Notes: a model not told the origin generated them from the letters alone. 64,000 nt of DNA from Takakia lepidozioides (GCA_030704615.1 CM060734.1:30690001-30754000), one strand, 5' to 3'; shown: positions 1 to 13,550, counted from the stretch's first letter. A program made the numbers and translations.

Positions 1-573
1 GTTACTTCACGGACGACGGTTAGTGAGGAAAACGGTTAGAGCCACGGGTAGGAAGAAAAAGGGAGCAGCAAGGACGGAATGGGGGGATTCTGGGAAGCAC
101 GGAAGGGGGAGGACTTCGGGGTCATGCATGGGAGGAGATCCGAAGCCAAGATGGAGAGCGCGGTGAAGGAGGAAAGAGGATTAGTAGATGCTCGTTATAT
201 GCAAAGCGGTAGTGATATAGTAGAGCATATTAGAGACACAATGGCTTCGGCCTGATACCTGATAAATCCTAATCGGATACTTATACGATACAATCACACT
301 GTGTATAGAGATCTGAGTGAAGCTGTGGAATGAATGGATGAGTTGATGGAATCCAATAGATTGATAAAGCAAACTGATACTTAATTATCAATGGTAAGGT
401 AGCTAACATGAATGCCAAAAGGAAAACAAATAGGAAACACCCCCATGATACACTAGCTGTAGGTCATGACTGATTGTTCTGCGCGGGCTGAGTACTTAGA
501 GATTTCCAACTCTTCTATCTTGGAGTTTCCGCCTCGGATAGCGAAGGGATGGGTGAGTAAAAGCAGCGCGACA
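1..573 (+). mobile_element. LTR of LTR-retrotransposon family A (3' part; 5' part outside window)
   Basis: Highly similar to 5349-5947, to 5948-6864 (reverse) and to 31944-32847. Ends in ...AAAAGCAGCGCGACA (canonical CA), the same point where the 5349-5947 copy ends. Confidence 0.85.
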
Positions 574-3500
574 GGCCTGCATATGCCTGAAAAAACTCAG
601 CCCCGTTTCTACTTTACGAATCTTGCATGTGTCTTGGCACTGATAGATTGGTTTCAAGCCAACACAGGATGCCTTTTTAGGAAGATGAATGGCTCAAGAA
701 CTGGATTATGTAAGGCTTGACCCATGTCAACAAAAAATGAGGAGTCATTATGTCAACATGCAAATGCTTAAGACATGTATGGCTTGCTGTTTCAATTGCA
801 ATTTAAAGTACTATGTGCTTGGCTCTCGAGATTTATCTCCAGACCTGCAATCTGGTTTTTGAAATGATGTTACAATCGGCAAGTATGGTGGTGATCGTTG
901 TATGTCAAACTATGGTGCTTTCATAATATGATTGACCGAGAATCCCACCCTCCCACCCTGTTTTTTTCAGATACCCTGAAATGTAATGGGATATTCAAAT
1001 GAGATGGTAAACATGGAAGTGGTTGTTAGATGGTGCCCTGTAAAGGGCTGCTTTGTCTTTCAATGACAATGACCTTAGTGGTCTTGTCCATGTCTTGACA
1101 TGACATGTATATCTTCCCTCTCTTTATCTGATCAGTGTACTTAGTGGTTTTTGTACACACCATCTACCCTTCTCCTTTCCTGTTTCACCTTCTCATTCTG
1201 ATGTACTGACGATATTTTTTGAGGAGCCTTGCAGGCAGATAGGCAGCAAACACATTCCAAACTGGAATGATGAACTGAAAGCCTTGGGGTATGAATCCCC
1301 CTCGGCCAGGTATGATCTTCTCCAGCAATAGTATGGTTGATTGATTGGGTATGAAGAGTAAGGCATCCTTGATGATACCTGAGCATCTAAAGGACTTTGA
1401 ATGCCGATATTATGAGCTAAGCCCTGGTAAGACAGCTTACGGGAGTATGTGTACACCTTATACTTGATCCGGTCAATGCACACTACTTTTGTTAGCTAGT
1501 CCCTTGTAGCCGATGCCTTATATCAGAATCAAATACCTTATGATTGAGTGACTACCAAGTCCTTTGATCAAGTGCTTCTATACTTCTCTTAGATATGGCT
1601 TCGCTCCTTGTGGCACCATAAAAAAATACCCAACTCTAATCTGTTGCTAGAAGATGTTTTGTCTATATCACAGGCATGGTACTACAGACCTGAGCTGCTG
1701 CTATATCTTGACAAGGTTCCTTGAACGAGGTTCCTTCCCTAGCCTGTTCTTCCCTGTGCGAGAGCTTATTGAGAAACTGAAAGGTATTTTCTAAAAACTT
1801 GTACCTATCCAGAGCTAAGTATACCACTGAACTCTCTGTTCTTTTCTCGTGATACTATACCAGTCTTGCTATGATACACTTTATGCCAATGTTTCATTCA
1901 TGACCGGAGGAAGAGAGGATGTAGGATTCTACTCCCTTGGATAATATAATCTAAGGATAGAACTACATGGAAGAGGGGAAACCTTATGAGAAGGGGTTTG
2001 GTATGCACTCCCTTACGGGGTGAGTGCATACCACACTCACTCCGTAAGGTTCTGCCATGCCAGGGGATTGGCTGGTGGGTCCCTCTCTCTCCCTCTCCCT
2101 CTATAACTCTTTGGATTTCATCTGGCCTTAACCTTTTTAATGCTGGTTATTTGGTTGTTCATCCCAATTCCCTTTTCATCCAAAACTGGATGAATTTTTT
2201 GAAGGATGATGACGCTTACTCTGCAGATTTTGGTTTTTCATCCTAATCTCCTTTCTCATCCAAATCTGGATGAAATTATTAGGATGATGACCCTTGCTGT
2301 GCATAAATCTTGGTTTATCATTTGTTTTCTCCTTTTTCATCCAAACGGGATGAATTCCATGAACGATGGTGACCTATTTTAATCCAGGAGAGAGTCATTT
2401 TACCATCATTTATTAGAAATGATGGCAGTTATTAAACTTGAGCCTATACCCTAACCCTAAAAGTTACCTTTTTAATGGATGTCATCCATTGACCAGTGCA
2501 TCTCCTGCTAGAATGCGACTTTTCATCCCCCCTGGATGAGAAATCGGGGATCTGTGCCCTAAGCAGGTCGACACCTTTCACAGCACAGAGCTCGTGCTTC
2601 AGGGATCCTTGATGATGCGCCGTGTAAATCTGCTCCCCAACTGCTGCATGGTACCCGTGATGGCTGGCTCTTGGGATGCGCATTGGCGGTCATGCAGATT
2701 CTTCTCTGGCAGGTGACAAAGCGATGATTGCTTTGCTCAGACCCTCATGGTTCTTTTTAATTGCAGCGGCGCTTTTACTCCTCGTTGGGAAGTACTCTAC
2801 CCCTATTTATCTACATATTACATATGGCTCTTTCACTTTGTATGAGCTCTTCTCTATCTGTGAACCCTTCTACTGTGATTGTGTTCTGTTGGAGACGATC
2901 TGTTGGACGCCATGGCGCAGGGCATACCGCAAACACTCAAGGTCTTTTGAGGTTACCCTTGCTTGAATTGTGATCTGTACATGCTTTAGAATTCAGCACT
3001 GACATGGATAGCAACTGTGAAGACCTGCCACTCACCTGATGCATCCTCGCTAACACACATCTTTATGTGGTGGTTTTTGGGACGGGCACAGGTGAGGGTC
3101 TTCACTTGTCTTGAATTCTTGAAGCTTGCAGAGTCCGATTCTTGCATAAGGGATTGTTGCTACCGCCTGAAGCTGCCGATGCCAGTTGCTGTTTCAAATC
3201 TGCCACCTTGCTGCCTCAAAACGGCTTCAAGTCTGCTCTAATGAGGATCGCCTTCTTACTCCTTACCCTTGTTTTTGGTTCTTGATGACCACTTCTACAT
3301 GTTTTGGAGTTAAGACACACAAGGGACTTCATAGAAAACAAAATCTCTACTGAAGGCTCTGGCTGTTTTCAACAAAGGTATAGGGCTGCAGCTATAACTC
3401 TGGCTGCATGGAAACTAGGCTCTGAAATGAAACATCATGGCCTTGGCTTTGATGGATCAGAAGATAGACCTTGTCTGATAACAAACATTCTTCAAGGCTC

Positions 3501-4848
3501 TCATATCACCGTGATTTCATTGCATGATAGGGGACAGGGGTTTCTGAGTTCCTTTCTTTAACTGGCAGAGCTTTTTATGAGGCCCTGGAATTCCACTCCA
3601 GGCCCATATCTGCTTGAGGGTACTCAGCCCTGTGTTTTGTGTTGTTAGAAGTCTTGCCTATGACTTGGCACTGAAGCACCTTCAGACCTGGCCCCATCAT
3701 AATTTTGATTTTCAAGACCTGCTTGCTGGTAGGTGTTGTGTGCTTCTAACCTTCTACCCTGGCAGAGTTTTGATCATGAAGTCCTGGAATTCCATTCCCG
3801 ACCTGCAGCTCCTTACAGAGACTCAAATAAGCCATGTCATTGCATGTAATGCTTGCTCATTTATTTGCAATGCTATGATACCTTCAGGCTGGCTGTTTTT
3901 TTAGGAAGGCGACTTATTCAAAAACTCGATTCTAAAACAGTAACCTTTATGGTCCAGCAAGTAGCCTAGCATGACAGTTTTAAATACTTTTTCATGGCCT
4001 AAACCTGGTCATGATACACCTTGCTAGGTGTAGAGATATTCTTACTTAGATAAAACTAAGCAAGAAAGACACTTGTTGCTTGAAGGGCTTGGTTTTGGAG
4101 GTTATCTCCAGACCTGCAATCTGGTTTCTGAAATGAAGGTACAATCTGCAAGTATAGGGGAATTTTTTTATTAAACCATGGTGCTTTCATGATATGATTG
4201 ACCTGGAATTCTGAGTTATTTATTTTTTACCCTGGCAGAGCTGTTTATGAGGCCCCGGAATACCAATCCAGGCCTGCATATGCCTGAAAAAACTCAGCCC
4301 CGTTTCTACTTTACGAATCTTGCATGTGTCTTGGCACTGATAGATTGGTTTCAAGCCAACACAGGATGCCTTTTTAGGAAGATGAATGGCTCAAGAACTG
4401 GATTATGTAAGGCTTGACCCATGTCAACAAAAAATGAGGAATCATTATGTCAACATGGCAAATGCTTAAGACATGTATGGCTTGCTGTTTCAATTGCAAT
4501 TTAAAGTACTATGTGCTTGGCTCTCGAGATTTATCTCCAGACCTGCAATCTGGTTTTTGAAATGATGTTACAATCGGCAAGTATGGTGGTGATCGTTGTA
4601 TGTCAAACTATGGTGCTTTCATAATATGATTGACCAGAATCCCACCCTCCCACCCTGTTTTTTCAGATACCCTGAAATGTAATGGGATATTCAAATGAGA
4701 TGGTAAACATGGAAGTGGTTGTTAGATGGTGCCCTGTAAAGGGCTGCTTTGTCTTTCAATGACAATGACCTTAGTGGTCTTGTCCATGTCTTGACATGAC
4801 ATGTATATCTTCCCTCTCTTTATCTGATCAGTGTACTTAGTGGTTTTT
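574..4848. repeat. Long direct repeat, period ~3.7 kb (574-1151 recurs at 4271-4848), with internal sub-repeats
   Basis: GGCCTGCATATGCCTGAAAAAACTCAG... at 574 and 4271 stay near-identical for ~580 bp up to the gap. Sub-repeats: TTATCTCCAGACCTGCAATCTGG (~833, ~4102, ~4531) and GGCAGAG...ATGAGGCC..GGAA (~3564, ~3761, ~4233). No recognisable protein. Confidence 0.7.
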
Positions 4849-5348
4849 NNNNNNNNNNNNNNNNNNNNNNNNNNNNNNNNNNNNNNNNNNNNNNNNNNNN
4901 NNNNNNNNNNNNNNNNNNNNNNNNNNNNNNNNNNNNNNNNNNNNNNNNNNNNNNNNNNNNNNNNNNNNNNNNNNNNNNNNNNNNNNNNNNNNNNNNNNNN
5001 NNNNNNNNNNNNNNNNNNNNNNNNNNNNNNNNNNNNNNNNNNNNNNNNNNNNNNNNNNNNNNNNNNNNNNNNNNNNNNNNNNNNNNNNNNNNNNNNNNNN
5101 NNNNNNNNNNNNNNNNNNNNNNNNNNNNNNNNNNNNNNNNNNNNNNNNNNNNNNNNNNNNNNNNNNNNNNNNNNNNNNNNNNNNNNNNNNNNNNNNNNNN
5201 NNNNNNNNNNNNNNNNNNNNNNNNNNNNNNNNNNNNNNNNNNNNNNNNNNNNNNNNNNNNNNNNNNNNNNNNNNNNNNNNNNNNNNNNNNNNNNNNNNNN
5301 NNNNNNNNNNNNNNNNNNNNNNNNNNNNNNNNNNNNNNNNNNNNNNNN
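4849..5348. other. Assembly gap (500 N)
   Basis: Run of exactly 500 N, typical scaffolding filler. Confidence 0.99.
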
Positions 5349-5947
5349 GGGAACGGAGAGCAGGAGAGGGAACGACTGTGGGGAACATGTTAGTTCACAG
5401 ACGACGGTTAGTGAGGGAAACGGTTAGAACCACGGATAGGAAGATAAAGGGAAGAAACGGTGAATTGAGGGAGATCATTCGGAGAAGGACTTCTTGGTCA
5501 TGAAGGAGAGGGGATCGGGCAGAGATGAAGAACGGAAGTGAAGATAGAGAGATGAGGAGTAGATGCTTGATATATGCAAGGCTGTAATGATATTGTAGAG
5601 CAGATTAGAGACACAATGGCTTCGGCCTGATACCTGATAAATCATAATCGGATACTTTTACGATACAATCACACTGTGTAGAGAGATCTGAGTGAAGCTG
5701 TGAAATGAATGGATGAGTTGATGGAATCCAATAGATTGATAAAGCAAACTGATACTTAATTATCAATGGTAAGATAGCTAACATGAATACCAAAAGGGAA
5801 ACAAATAGGAAACACCCCATGATACACTAGCTGTAGGTCATGACTGATTGTTCTGTGCGGGCTGAGTACTTAGAGATTTCCAACTCTTCTATCTTGGAGT
5901 TTCCGCCTCGAATAGCGAAGGGATGGGTGAGTAAAAGCCGCGCGACA
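5349..5947 (+). mobile_element. LTR family A, 3' part
   Basis: Same sequence as 1-573; terminates ...AAAAGCCGCGCGACA at 5947. Confidence 0.85.
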
Positions 5948-6864
5948 AACTCCAAGATAGAAGAGTTGGAAATCTCTAAGTACTCAGCCCCCGCAGAACA
6001 ATCAGTCATGACCTACAGCTAGTGTATCATGGGGGTGTTTCCTATTTGTTTCCCTTTTGGTATTCATGTTAGCTATCTTACCATTGATAATTAAGTATCA
6101 GTTTGTTTTATCAATCTATTGGATTCCATCAACTCATCCATTCATTTCACAGCTTCACTCAGATCTCTCTACACAGTGTGATTGTATCGTAAAAGTATCC
6201 GATTATGATTTATCAGATATCAGGCCGAAGCCATTGTGTCTCTAATCTGCTCTACAATATCATTACAACCTTGCATATATCAAGCATCTACTCATCATCT
6301 CTCTATCTTCACTTCCGTTCTTCATCTCTGCCCGATCCCCTCTCCTCCATGACCAAGAAGTCCTCCTCTGAATGATATCCCTCAATTCCCCGTTTTTCCC
6401 TTTATCTTCCTATCCGTGGTTCTAACCGTTTCCCTCACTAACCGTCGTCTGTGAACTAACATGTTCCCTTCGTAGGTGTTGTTCCCCACAGTCGTTCCCT
6501 GTCCTACTCTTCGTTCCCTATGATCGTGACAGCTGTGTCAAGCTGTGACTGGCTGTGCTACTGTGTTTGGTGTGTCGGGCTGTGACTGGCTGTGTGGCTG
6601 TGCCGGGCTGTGTCGGCTGTGACGGCTGTGTCGGCTGTGACGACTGTGACGGGCTGTGTTGGCTGTGTCGGCTGTGACGACTGTGACGGGCTGTGTTGGC
6701 TGTGTCGGCTGTGACGACTGTGACGACTGTGACGGGCTGTGTAACCCCCCTCTACAATGCGCTGCTGTCACCCCTAAGGCTCCTGTTGGTCTCAGTCTGT
6801 GCAAAAATTAAGGGTACCCTACAGATCCCGTATAAGTGTCTAAGTCCCCGACAGTCCTCTAACA
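5948..6864 (-). mobile_element. LTR family A, reverse orientation, interrupted ~45 bp before its 3' end
   Basis: Minus strand begins TGTTAGAGGACTGTCGGGGACTTAGACAC at 6864, matching the start at 31944. Colinear with the other copies until ...ATCTTGGAGTT at 5948. Confidence 0.85.
6535..6740. repeat. GCTGTG/CACAGC-rich simple repeat inside LTR-A (also 32070-32255)
   Basis: Degenerate ~9-bp units such as GGCTGTGAC and GGCTGTGTC in both LTR-A copies that include the 5' part. Confidence 0.85.
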
Positions 6865-8322
6865 TGCATACCTCTGAATGCCAGGGGGATAAAACGCACC
6901 AATGTTACGTGGAAAGGAGGGAGGGCCTCCTCCATCCGGGGTTGGTTGAAGACGTGGGGAGGGATGGTTGAAGACACCTGCCGGAGCAACTCCCTTCTTC
7001 TTTCTCACTGGATCCTGCAAATCAACATGTGGGAAAGAGTTATGTAGGAAGATAAAGCATGAACATCATGTAGGATACATCAACAAAAAACGCGCTCTAT
7101 AATATACATACACTGAATGCAGCAGAAATCGCACCCAAAATGCATTTAGGTCTGATCCATTGAACACGCCAAACGTCACTGGGAAAGTCCTCCTTGTATG
7201 TTTCGACCCTCTTTCGGGGTTCTTTGGGGAATCCCTTGTAGGCACAATCTGGCCCCGATGACCATCGTACATATCAATGAGAGTACAATATGATAATGGC
7301 TGATAATGGCTTCACATATTATCAACATTTGACAATAGAGGGGGCAGGAAGATGGGGGAGGAAGAGTCGTGAGCGGGTGTCATCTCCCTCGTCAGCCATT
7401 TCTGACGTTTCTTCTTATCGTGATTCCAGTCCTCATTAAGGCATGACGGCTCTGCTTCAGCTGCTGGCACATCCTTGTGCCTGCCAACCTCTACCCTATC
7501 CTTCTTCATGTGCATTTCTTCCCTATGAAGTGATCTGGTCCTACAGCCCTTAAGACAGAGAGCAGATACAAAACTTAATTATAGATAGCTTAAGCGCCAA
7601 CACACCAGAAGGCGGCACCGCTTCCTCTTGCACAGAATGCCAAGCCAGATCCCTTAACGTCGCTCTTTAAGGCAAGCTGATTCCCTTTGCGTAGGTGGAA
7701 CTTCCTAAGATATGCTGTACTGCCAACACCACTGCAGCAGCTGCGAAAAGATGCTTACACTCTTCCCTTACAAAGTGATCTGGTCCTAAAGCTCTAAAAC
7801 AGACAGCAGCTACAAGATTTGATCACAGACAACCTGAGGCGCTATACACACCAGCCTGCACTTCTCATCCCCCAACACCTGCTGAGCTGCTCCATCTCCT
7901 CATTAATGTGCTCATCAAGACAATGGCGACAGCAGTGGTGCACCGCCCTTATCACAAACCTGATCCCTCAGGTTTGATCATTGCTTACGAAGAAGGCGGC
8001 ACCGCTTCTTCTTGCACAGAAAGCCAAGCAGGAGCTCTTAACGTTTCTCTTTAAAGCAAGCTGATACCCTTTGCATAGGTGGAACTTTCTCATATATCCT
8101 GTGCTGCCAACACCACTGCAGCAGCTGCGAAAAGATGCACGCACTCTTCCCCTTCGAATTTCACATCCTGCTTCTAGGGTTCAACATCATGGATGAAAAT
8201 CATTCATCCTAGGGATGAAAAAGGTGCATGTCATAACTTAGCCATATTTTGTTCTTGGCAGATCAATAGCATAGTTTTTCCATGGAATTACCTCAAGTTA
8301 TGGACAATTCCTCCCCTTCATT
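6865..8322 (-). mobile_element. Putative polypurine tract (8307-8322) and 3' LTR (starting TGTCC at 8306) of Gypsy B
   Basis: Minus strand reads AATGAAGGGGAGGAAT followed by TGTCCATAAC, ~100 bp after the integrase stop. Contains an internal ~160-bp direct repeat (7607-7767 vs 7991-8151). No second LTR is visible to confirm. Confidence 0.5.
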
Positions 8323-8423
8323 AGCACGAAGGGCACTCCCTTTGTAGTAGTGCCGAAACCTGATGCCAAACTTGAATTTTTACCCCCTGCATTCACACTA
8401 CATATGTAGTGTGTCTCCCCTTT

Positions 8424-10182
8424 TTAAGTGTCAGGGTCCTCACTGACCACCTTTAACGGCTGAACACCTATTGGTGGTATGAAGGGTTTTAAATCCCTCC
8501 TACTTCTTACCCATTCCTTGTCTGCTCCATCTCTCAACCTGCATCTTCGTGTAGCTTCTCCAGTCTTGGTTGTGCTTCCTGCATCCTTGTACCCCAAAAA
8601 GTCATAGGGTCCCTCCCATGGAGATGTCATGGAAGACTTCTTTCCAGGTCTCAACATCATTACCTTGCTGTTCTCCATCAACGTGCAGTAGGTATGCCCT
8701 GCTTGATGCCTTCTTTTCATAATCTCTTGCCTGTTGACGCTGCCCTTTCTTCACACTCTTTCGCAGCTTTGCCTTCATCTCTGTGAGAAGCTGGATTTTC
8801 TGCTGCATCATAAGTGTGACCTCTGCTACAGATCCATCAGAATTTACTGGTGTTGTAAGAAAATGCAACCTGTTGTCAATTCCCAGCCTTGGAATTCTAC
8901 CAGTAAGTACCTGAAAAGGTGAGAATCCAGTGGAAGCATGGACACCCATTCTGTAACCAAACAGGGCTTTATAGAGATTCTGATCCCACTCAGTGTCGTT
9001 TCCAACTCCTAGGGTGGTGATGCTCTGTTTAAAAGACTTAATGACCCTTTCCACCATACCGTTACACTGAGGCCAGTAGGGGGCGCTATGCTCCCTCTTT
9101 ATACCGTATTCGCAGCATGTATCTTCAAACTCACCTCCCCACTCTGTGCCATTGTTAGTGAGCAACGTATGTGGGCAGCTATACCTGTCAATTACTTCTT
9201 CCTCAAGAAAGCGGGCAGCAAGCGCTGCTGTATGATCTGCCACTGGTGCAGCTTCTATCCATTTTGAGAAGTGATCGATTGCCACCAGAAAGTACTGATT
9301 GCCCCTGCTGGTTATAGCTAATGGTCCTGCCGTGTCAATTGCAACTCTGAAAAACAGATCCACTACTGGAATGCTGTGAAGTTTTGAGCTACTTGAGCGC
9401 AACACTCCGTTCTGTTTGGCCATCTGACATTTACCACAGCCCTTGAGTACTTGCCTGATGAGTTTTGTTCTATCATGCCAGAAATCACGTCGGCATACCT
9501 CCTCTTGTGTTCTTCTGACTCCAAAGTGGCCAGTGGCTTCATGTACTTCAGTGATTATTGCCCCTCTGTCAGTTCTTGGTGGAACTACCCTTCTATCAAA
9601 GTAGACCTCACCTTTGAGATATGAGTACTGCCTTGCCCGCCTCTTGGCTCTCTTGCTCTCCTCTTTTGTCAGGTAGTCATTGACTTCTCCAAAACATAAG
9701 AGGTGCATGACTTCCACATCATCAAGCACATCAGGTTGCCTTTCCTCCTTAACAGCTGCTGTATGATGGTCAGAGCTGATGAGAGACCTTTTCCCCCATC
9801 TTTCAGCCTCACGTAATAATGACATCTGAGTAGCTTTGGTGGGTGCGGTCCATGGTACCCAGTCCCCTTCATCAATCTTGTTGCAAGAAGAAGTGTCTTG
9901 TTCTGAACCACTTGTTCCATCACTGTCTGAACAAAACGTCTTGGTGGAACACTCACCCCCCATGTTTTCCTTGGCTGGGCATTCTGATGAGGAAGTCACC
10001 CGCGTTCTTGTTGTTGTTGGAGTGCTTGTCAAGTGTTGAAGGAATGGTGTCTCTTGCAAGCTTCCCTTTTCATTGTTCGATCGCTCTTCCACAAGGTCAC
10101 AGGCTGGATGTACCTCGCTTAGCTCCTTATCACGAGCACGAGATCCTCGGGTAATCACATGGATGGTGGGACAAGAGGGCAT
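8424..10182 (-). pseudogene. Gypsy integrase (HHCC zinc finger, DDE core, GPY/F tail), frameshifted near 8720
   Basis: ORF 8602-10182 has H..GH...C..C, 'RVAIDTAGPL', 'LVAIDHFSKW', 'TNNGTEW' (D>N) and 'NGMVERVIK'. 'WEGPY' lies in the adjacent frame (8424-8720). Confidence 0.9.
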
Positions 10183-10489
10183 CAGATGCTCCCTTTCCTT
10201 GTTGCTGATTGCAGGAGCCTCTATCCTCCCTGCGGGGGTTGCTATTCCATGAGCTCATGAGCGGTGAGCTCATGAGCTCATGAGCGGGCATGGCTCACCC
10301 ATGAGCCGCAAAGTAACACACTTCGAATTTCGGCAGATTTTTTTCGGGCCCAAAACTATAAAATAATCAAAAATCGAAGATTTCCGCGCTCATGCTGGAA
10401 GCACTCCGCTCATGAGTACCAGTGTACGCTCATGACTTGGAGCCCAGGCTCATGGACCGCTAGGCCAGGTCATAGAAAAACTGAATTCT

Positions 10490-10985
10490 GGGCAATAACG
10501 GCACCGAAATTATCCCAGAGGCAAAGACGCAAGCGGAATTAGGATCCGGGTTTGCAGACTCCGAAAACGCAATGGCGACCTATAACCGTGGATAGTACTG
10601 TTGCAGAAGTGCATGATGGTTGGGTATAACGGCGCCGTAATTGGGCACAGGAAAAGAAATAGCCGGCTGAAGGCTCGGGAGTGAAGCCAACAACGGTGAA
10701 AGTAATTGGGCTCCGCCAACCAAATACCCGGCTGCATCCTCCGGAGTGCAGGCGATAACGGCGCCGAAATGGGCGCCGAAAATCAAATACTCGGTTGAAG
10801 CCACCGGAGTGCAACCGATAACGGCGCCGAAATTGGGTCCGGAAACCAAATACCCGGCTGAAGGCTAGGGATTGCAACCAATAACGGCGCCGAAATTGAC
10901 CTGCGGAAACAAAATTCTCGGCTGAAGCTTCCGCACTCCATCCAATAACGGCGCCAAATTGGGCTCCGGAGAGCAAATACCCGCC
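10490..10985. repeat. Subterminal ~63-bp tandem repeats carrying CGGCGCCGAAAT
   Basis: About 8 degenerate units TAACGGCGCCGAAATTGGG...AAATACCCGGCTGAAG. Similar motifs occur at the other end (17985-18270). Confidence 0.85.
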
Positions 10986-11081
10986 TTACGGTAAGGGAGG
11001 CCTTGCTCTCATTTTGCTCTTCACTCTTCTCTGTTGTGCCCATCTCCTCCCTGCTTTGAGTTCGTGCTATGTCGTGAGGCC

Positions 11082-11633
11082 ATGTCGTGCCCGAATCACA
11101 TCTATCGACGCCAGACGGGAGTCATTTTCCCGAAAGCAGACGACATCATTGTTTTCCTGGATGTTTTTAGGGACGATCCTCGACTTGTCCAGCTGAGAGC
11201 AATGGAGTTTCTTCCAGGATTGCACGATTCTCCTGGACCCCGGCTGGGGAGCAGGTGGTTCCTACGCATCATGGACCTGGACTTTCCGCATGAGTGGGAG
11301 CCGAACAGATCACGCACAGCGTTGCTGTATCGCTGGAATTGTTGCGAGTGGACGTATGATGAGTGCATAGGTGAAAACTTTACGCGTGGACGGACTGGCC
11401 CGGAAAGTGGGGACATTCTCTTCAGTTATGAGGATGAGGAGGAGGGGAACACAGGGCCCACTGTGAAAATGTCCTTCTACCAAGGGGGCGCTATCGATAA
11501 ACACGACATCCTCGTTAGTTTCAACCGGGCGACAGAAACCACTGACATTTTGTTCAAATATAGGCACCCGGTCACTCAGGAGGTCCTTGAGAGGCCAGTT
11601 AGAGTTCCTTCTTCTTGGGCAAGGGGACCATAG
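11082..11633 (+). CDS. Unknown MULE-borne protein 'ORF-X' copy 1 (183 aa)
   Basis: Intact single-exon ORF. Alignable along its length with 30934-31497 and 29841-30402 (DIIV, LRAMEF, W.LRI.D.DFP, RTA.L.RWNCC.WT, GG.I..HDI.V, R.V.VP). Confidence 0.75.
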   Translation: MSCPNHIYRRQTGVIFPKADDIIVFLDVFRDDPRLVQLRAMEFLPGLHDSPGPRLGSRWFLRIMDLDFPHEWEPNRSRTALLYRWNCCEWTYDECIGENFTRGRTGPESGDILFSYEDEEEGNTGPTVKMSFYQGGAIDKHDILVSFNRATETTDILFKYRHPVTQEVLERPVRVPSSWARGP

Positions 11634-12316
11634 GTCTTGCATGCTAGAGTAGACATGTTTCGACTCGCTGACACTCATGGCACATACATTTTCATTCAGA
11701 AATCAAGCAGCTTCCCTGTGCCATATGGGGAATATACATGCTTGGATAATCTTCTGTTAAGGTTTTTTGCAATTCACTGCCAGTATGCTGGGACGTGTCC
11801 TTTGTCGTATGGATTGCTGTTTGCACAAAGTGCAGTATGCAAATGCTGGAATGTGCAGTAGGACCCTTCCCACTGGGACACAGAACTAGCAATCTTGTAA
11901 AGACATCACATTTGCAGAACAGTAACAATGTATTTGTAGCAAATTGGAGTCTTCTCATAGAGGTGGACGAAAACGCCAGGATGGGCTGCGAAATCACTAC
12001 AAATTGAATGAAGAGCAGTAACAAGGAAACACTATGCAGTACATAGACCATAAACGGCGCTGAAATAGGCCTCAATGCCCGTTAATCTCCACACAATGTA
12101 TGCTTTACTCGGATCCATTTGTAGACAACCAAAATAAAAAAAGCATGCGCATGCCATTCATGGCCAAAAACCACATTCTCATGTATTGCGGCACCAAAAT
12201 TCACATGTAGCCATGGCGATGCGGCACCACCAAGTGTATAATTCCTCCAAAAAAAATAGGGTGCAAGAAGATGAATGTAATATAATTGCCACTTTCTCCT
12301 TCCCGAATGTGGAATG

Positions 12317-12968
12317 TCAAGCAGTCCGACCAGTGTCCTGCCGTAGGGCCTTGTGCAGCTCGTTGAAACTCAGTGTTGGAGCATGGATGAAGACGTCCAC
12401 TGCGGATATGCAACTCATGCGCTTCAGAAAAATGTAATAAAGGTGTTTGCAGGGGACGTATGCTGCATTCTTTGATTCCATAACAAGGAAGTCCTCACAG
12501 TTGCAAGCTGGATACTGTGAAACCGTGATTGTATATACGACACTGCGCGCAGCAGACCCGGCTGTTGACAACTGAAATATGCGCCCCATCCCGGGGTGAG
12601 GAACATCCCTGCAACCTTGCACTATGCAGGGCATTGCAAGAGCGTTGGCCATCCTGGTGTCGTTCGCCTTTGTTGGTGGCCGCCGTCTTTTCAGTTTCCC
12701 CCACCGATGGGTGGGCCAAGCTGCGGGGTCACCCACCGGTATGCGGGGCGAAGAGCTTCTCGTGGGAGGAGGATGACGACTGGGAATTGGATTTCGTGGA
12801 ACGTATTTTAGCTTTCAGAGAATCAGGATGGAAGTACACGTTTACCCAAACACGGGAGTCCATGTTGAAGACAGGACCTCTCGGTACACTCCGCAGCGAA
12901 GTCCTGCAGTGAGAAGAGTGTGTCCTACCTAATAACACAAATGATTTTCTGGAGGATTCCGTATCCAA
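12317..12968 (-). pseudogene. MULE transposase remnant (C-terminal SWIM zinc finger)
   Basis: 12317-12736 encodes 'PTHRWGK...YTITVSQYPACNCEDF...PCKHLYYIF', homologous to the C-terminus of the MULE-2 transposase. The DDE core is absent. Confidence 0.85.
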
Positions 12969-13099
12969 CAGGATGGGTGATCAGTGCACGTAAAGATGAA
13001 GGTATGTAACGTACGTTACAAAAACGGACGACAACAGCAAGTTCACATCGGATATTTGGTGCCTGAATTGTAATGTACAACCACTTGGGCTACAATAAA

Positions 13100-13511
13100 T
13101 CAGGCCTTCCCATGAATTTCGGCACCGAAATCTGGATGAACATCTCTGTCATGTAACAACTTGGAAGCCAGGGGATGAATTCCGGCGACAGAAATAGTAA
13201 TTTGTTCACCTCATGAAACTGACCAAGCATCCAACGGATGGATTTCGGTGCCGAAATTCGGATGAACATCTTCTTCATCAAATTGTTTCTGCACATGAGG
13301 GTTGAATTTGGATGCCAAAATACAGATGAATGTGTTCCTGATTACAGTCGTGATTCACCACGTGTCCGGATATCGCTGCCGACATCGGAATGACACTAAT
13401 CCTGAATCGGCAGAATGGATGTATTTCGGCGCCGAAATTCATTCTTCATCTCCTTTTCCGACCCTAATTCTGCTGCCCTGCGGATGGATTTCGGTGCCGA
13501 AATTCATCTGA

Positions 13512-13550
<39 letters not shown>

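Noticed and set aside
4831-5427. ORFs spanning the N run
   Set aside because: Artefacts of the assembly gap.
10510-11043. Repetitive ORFs (FGAVIG, FRRRY)
   Set aside because: Translations of the 63-bp subterminal DNA repeat in several frames.
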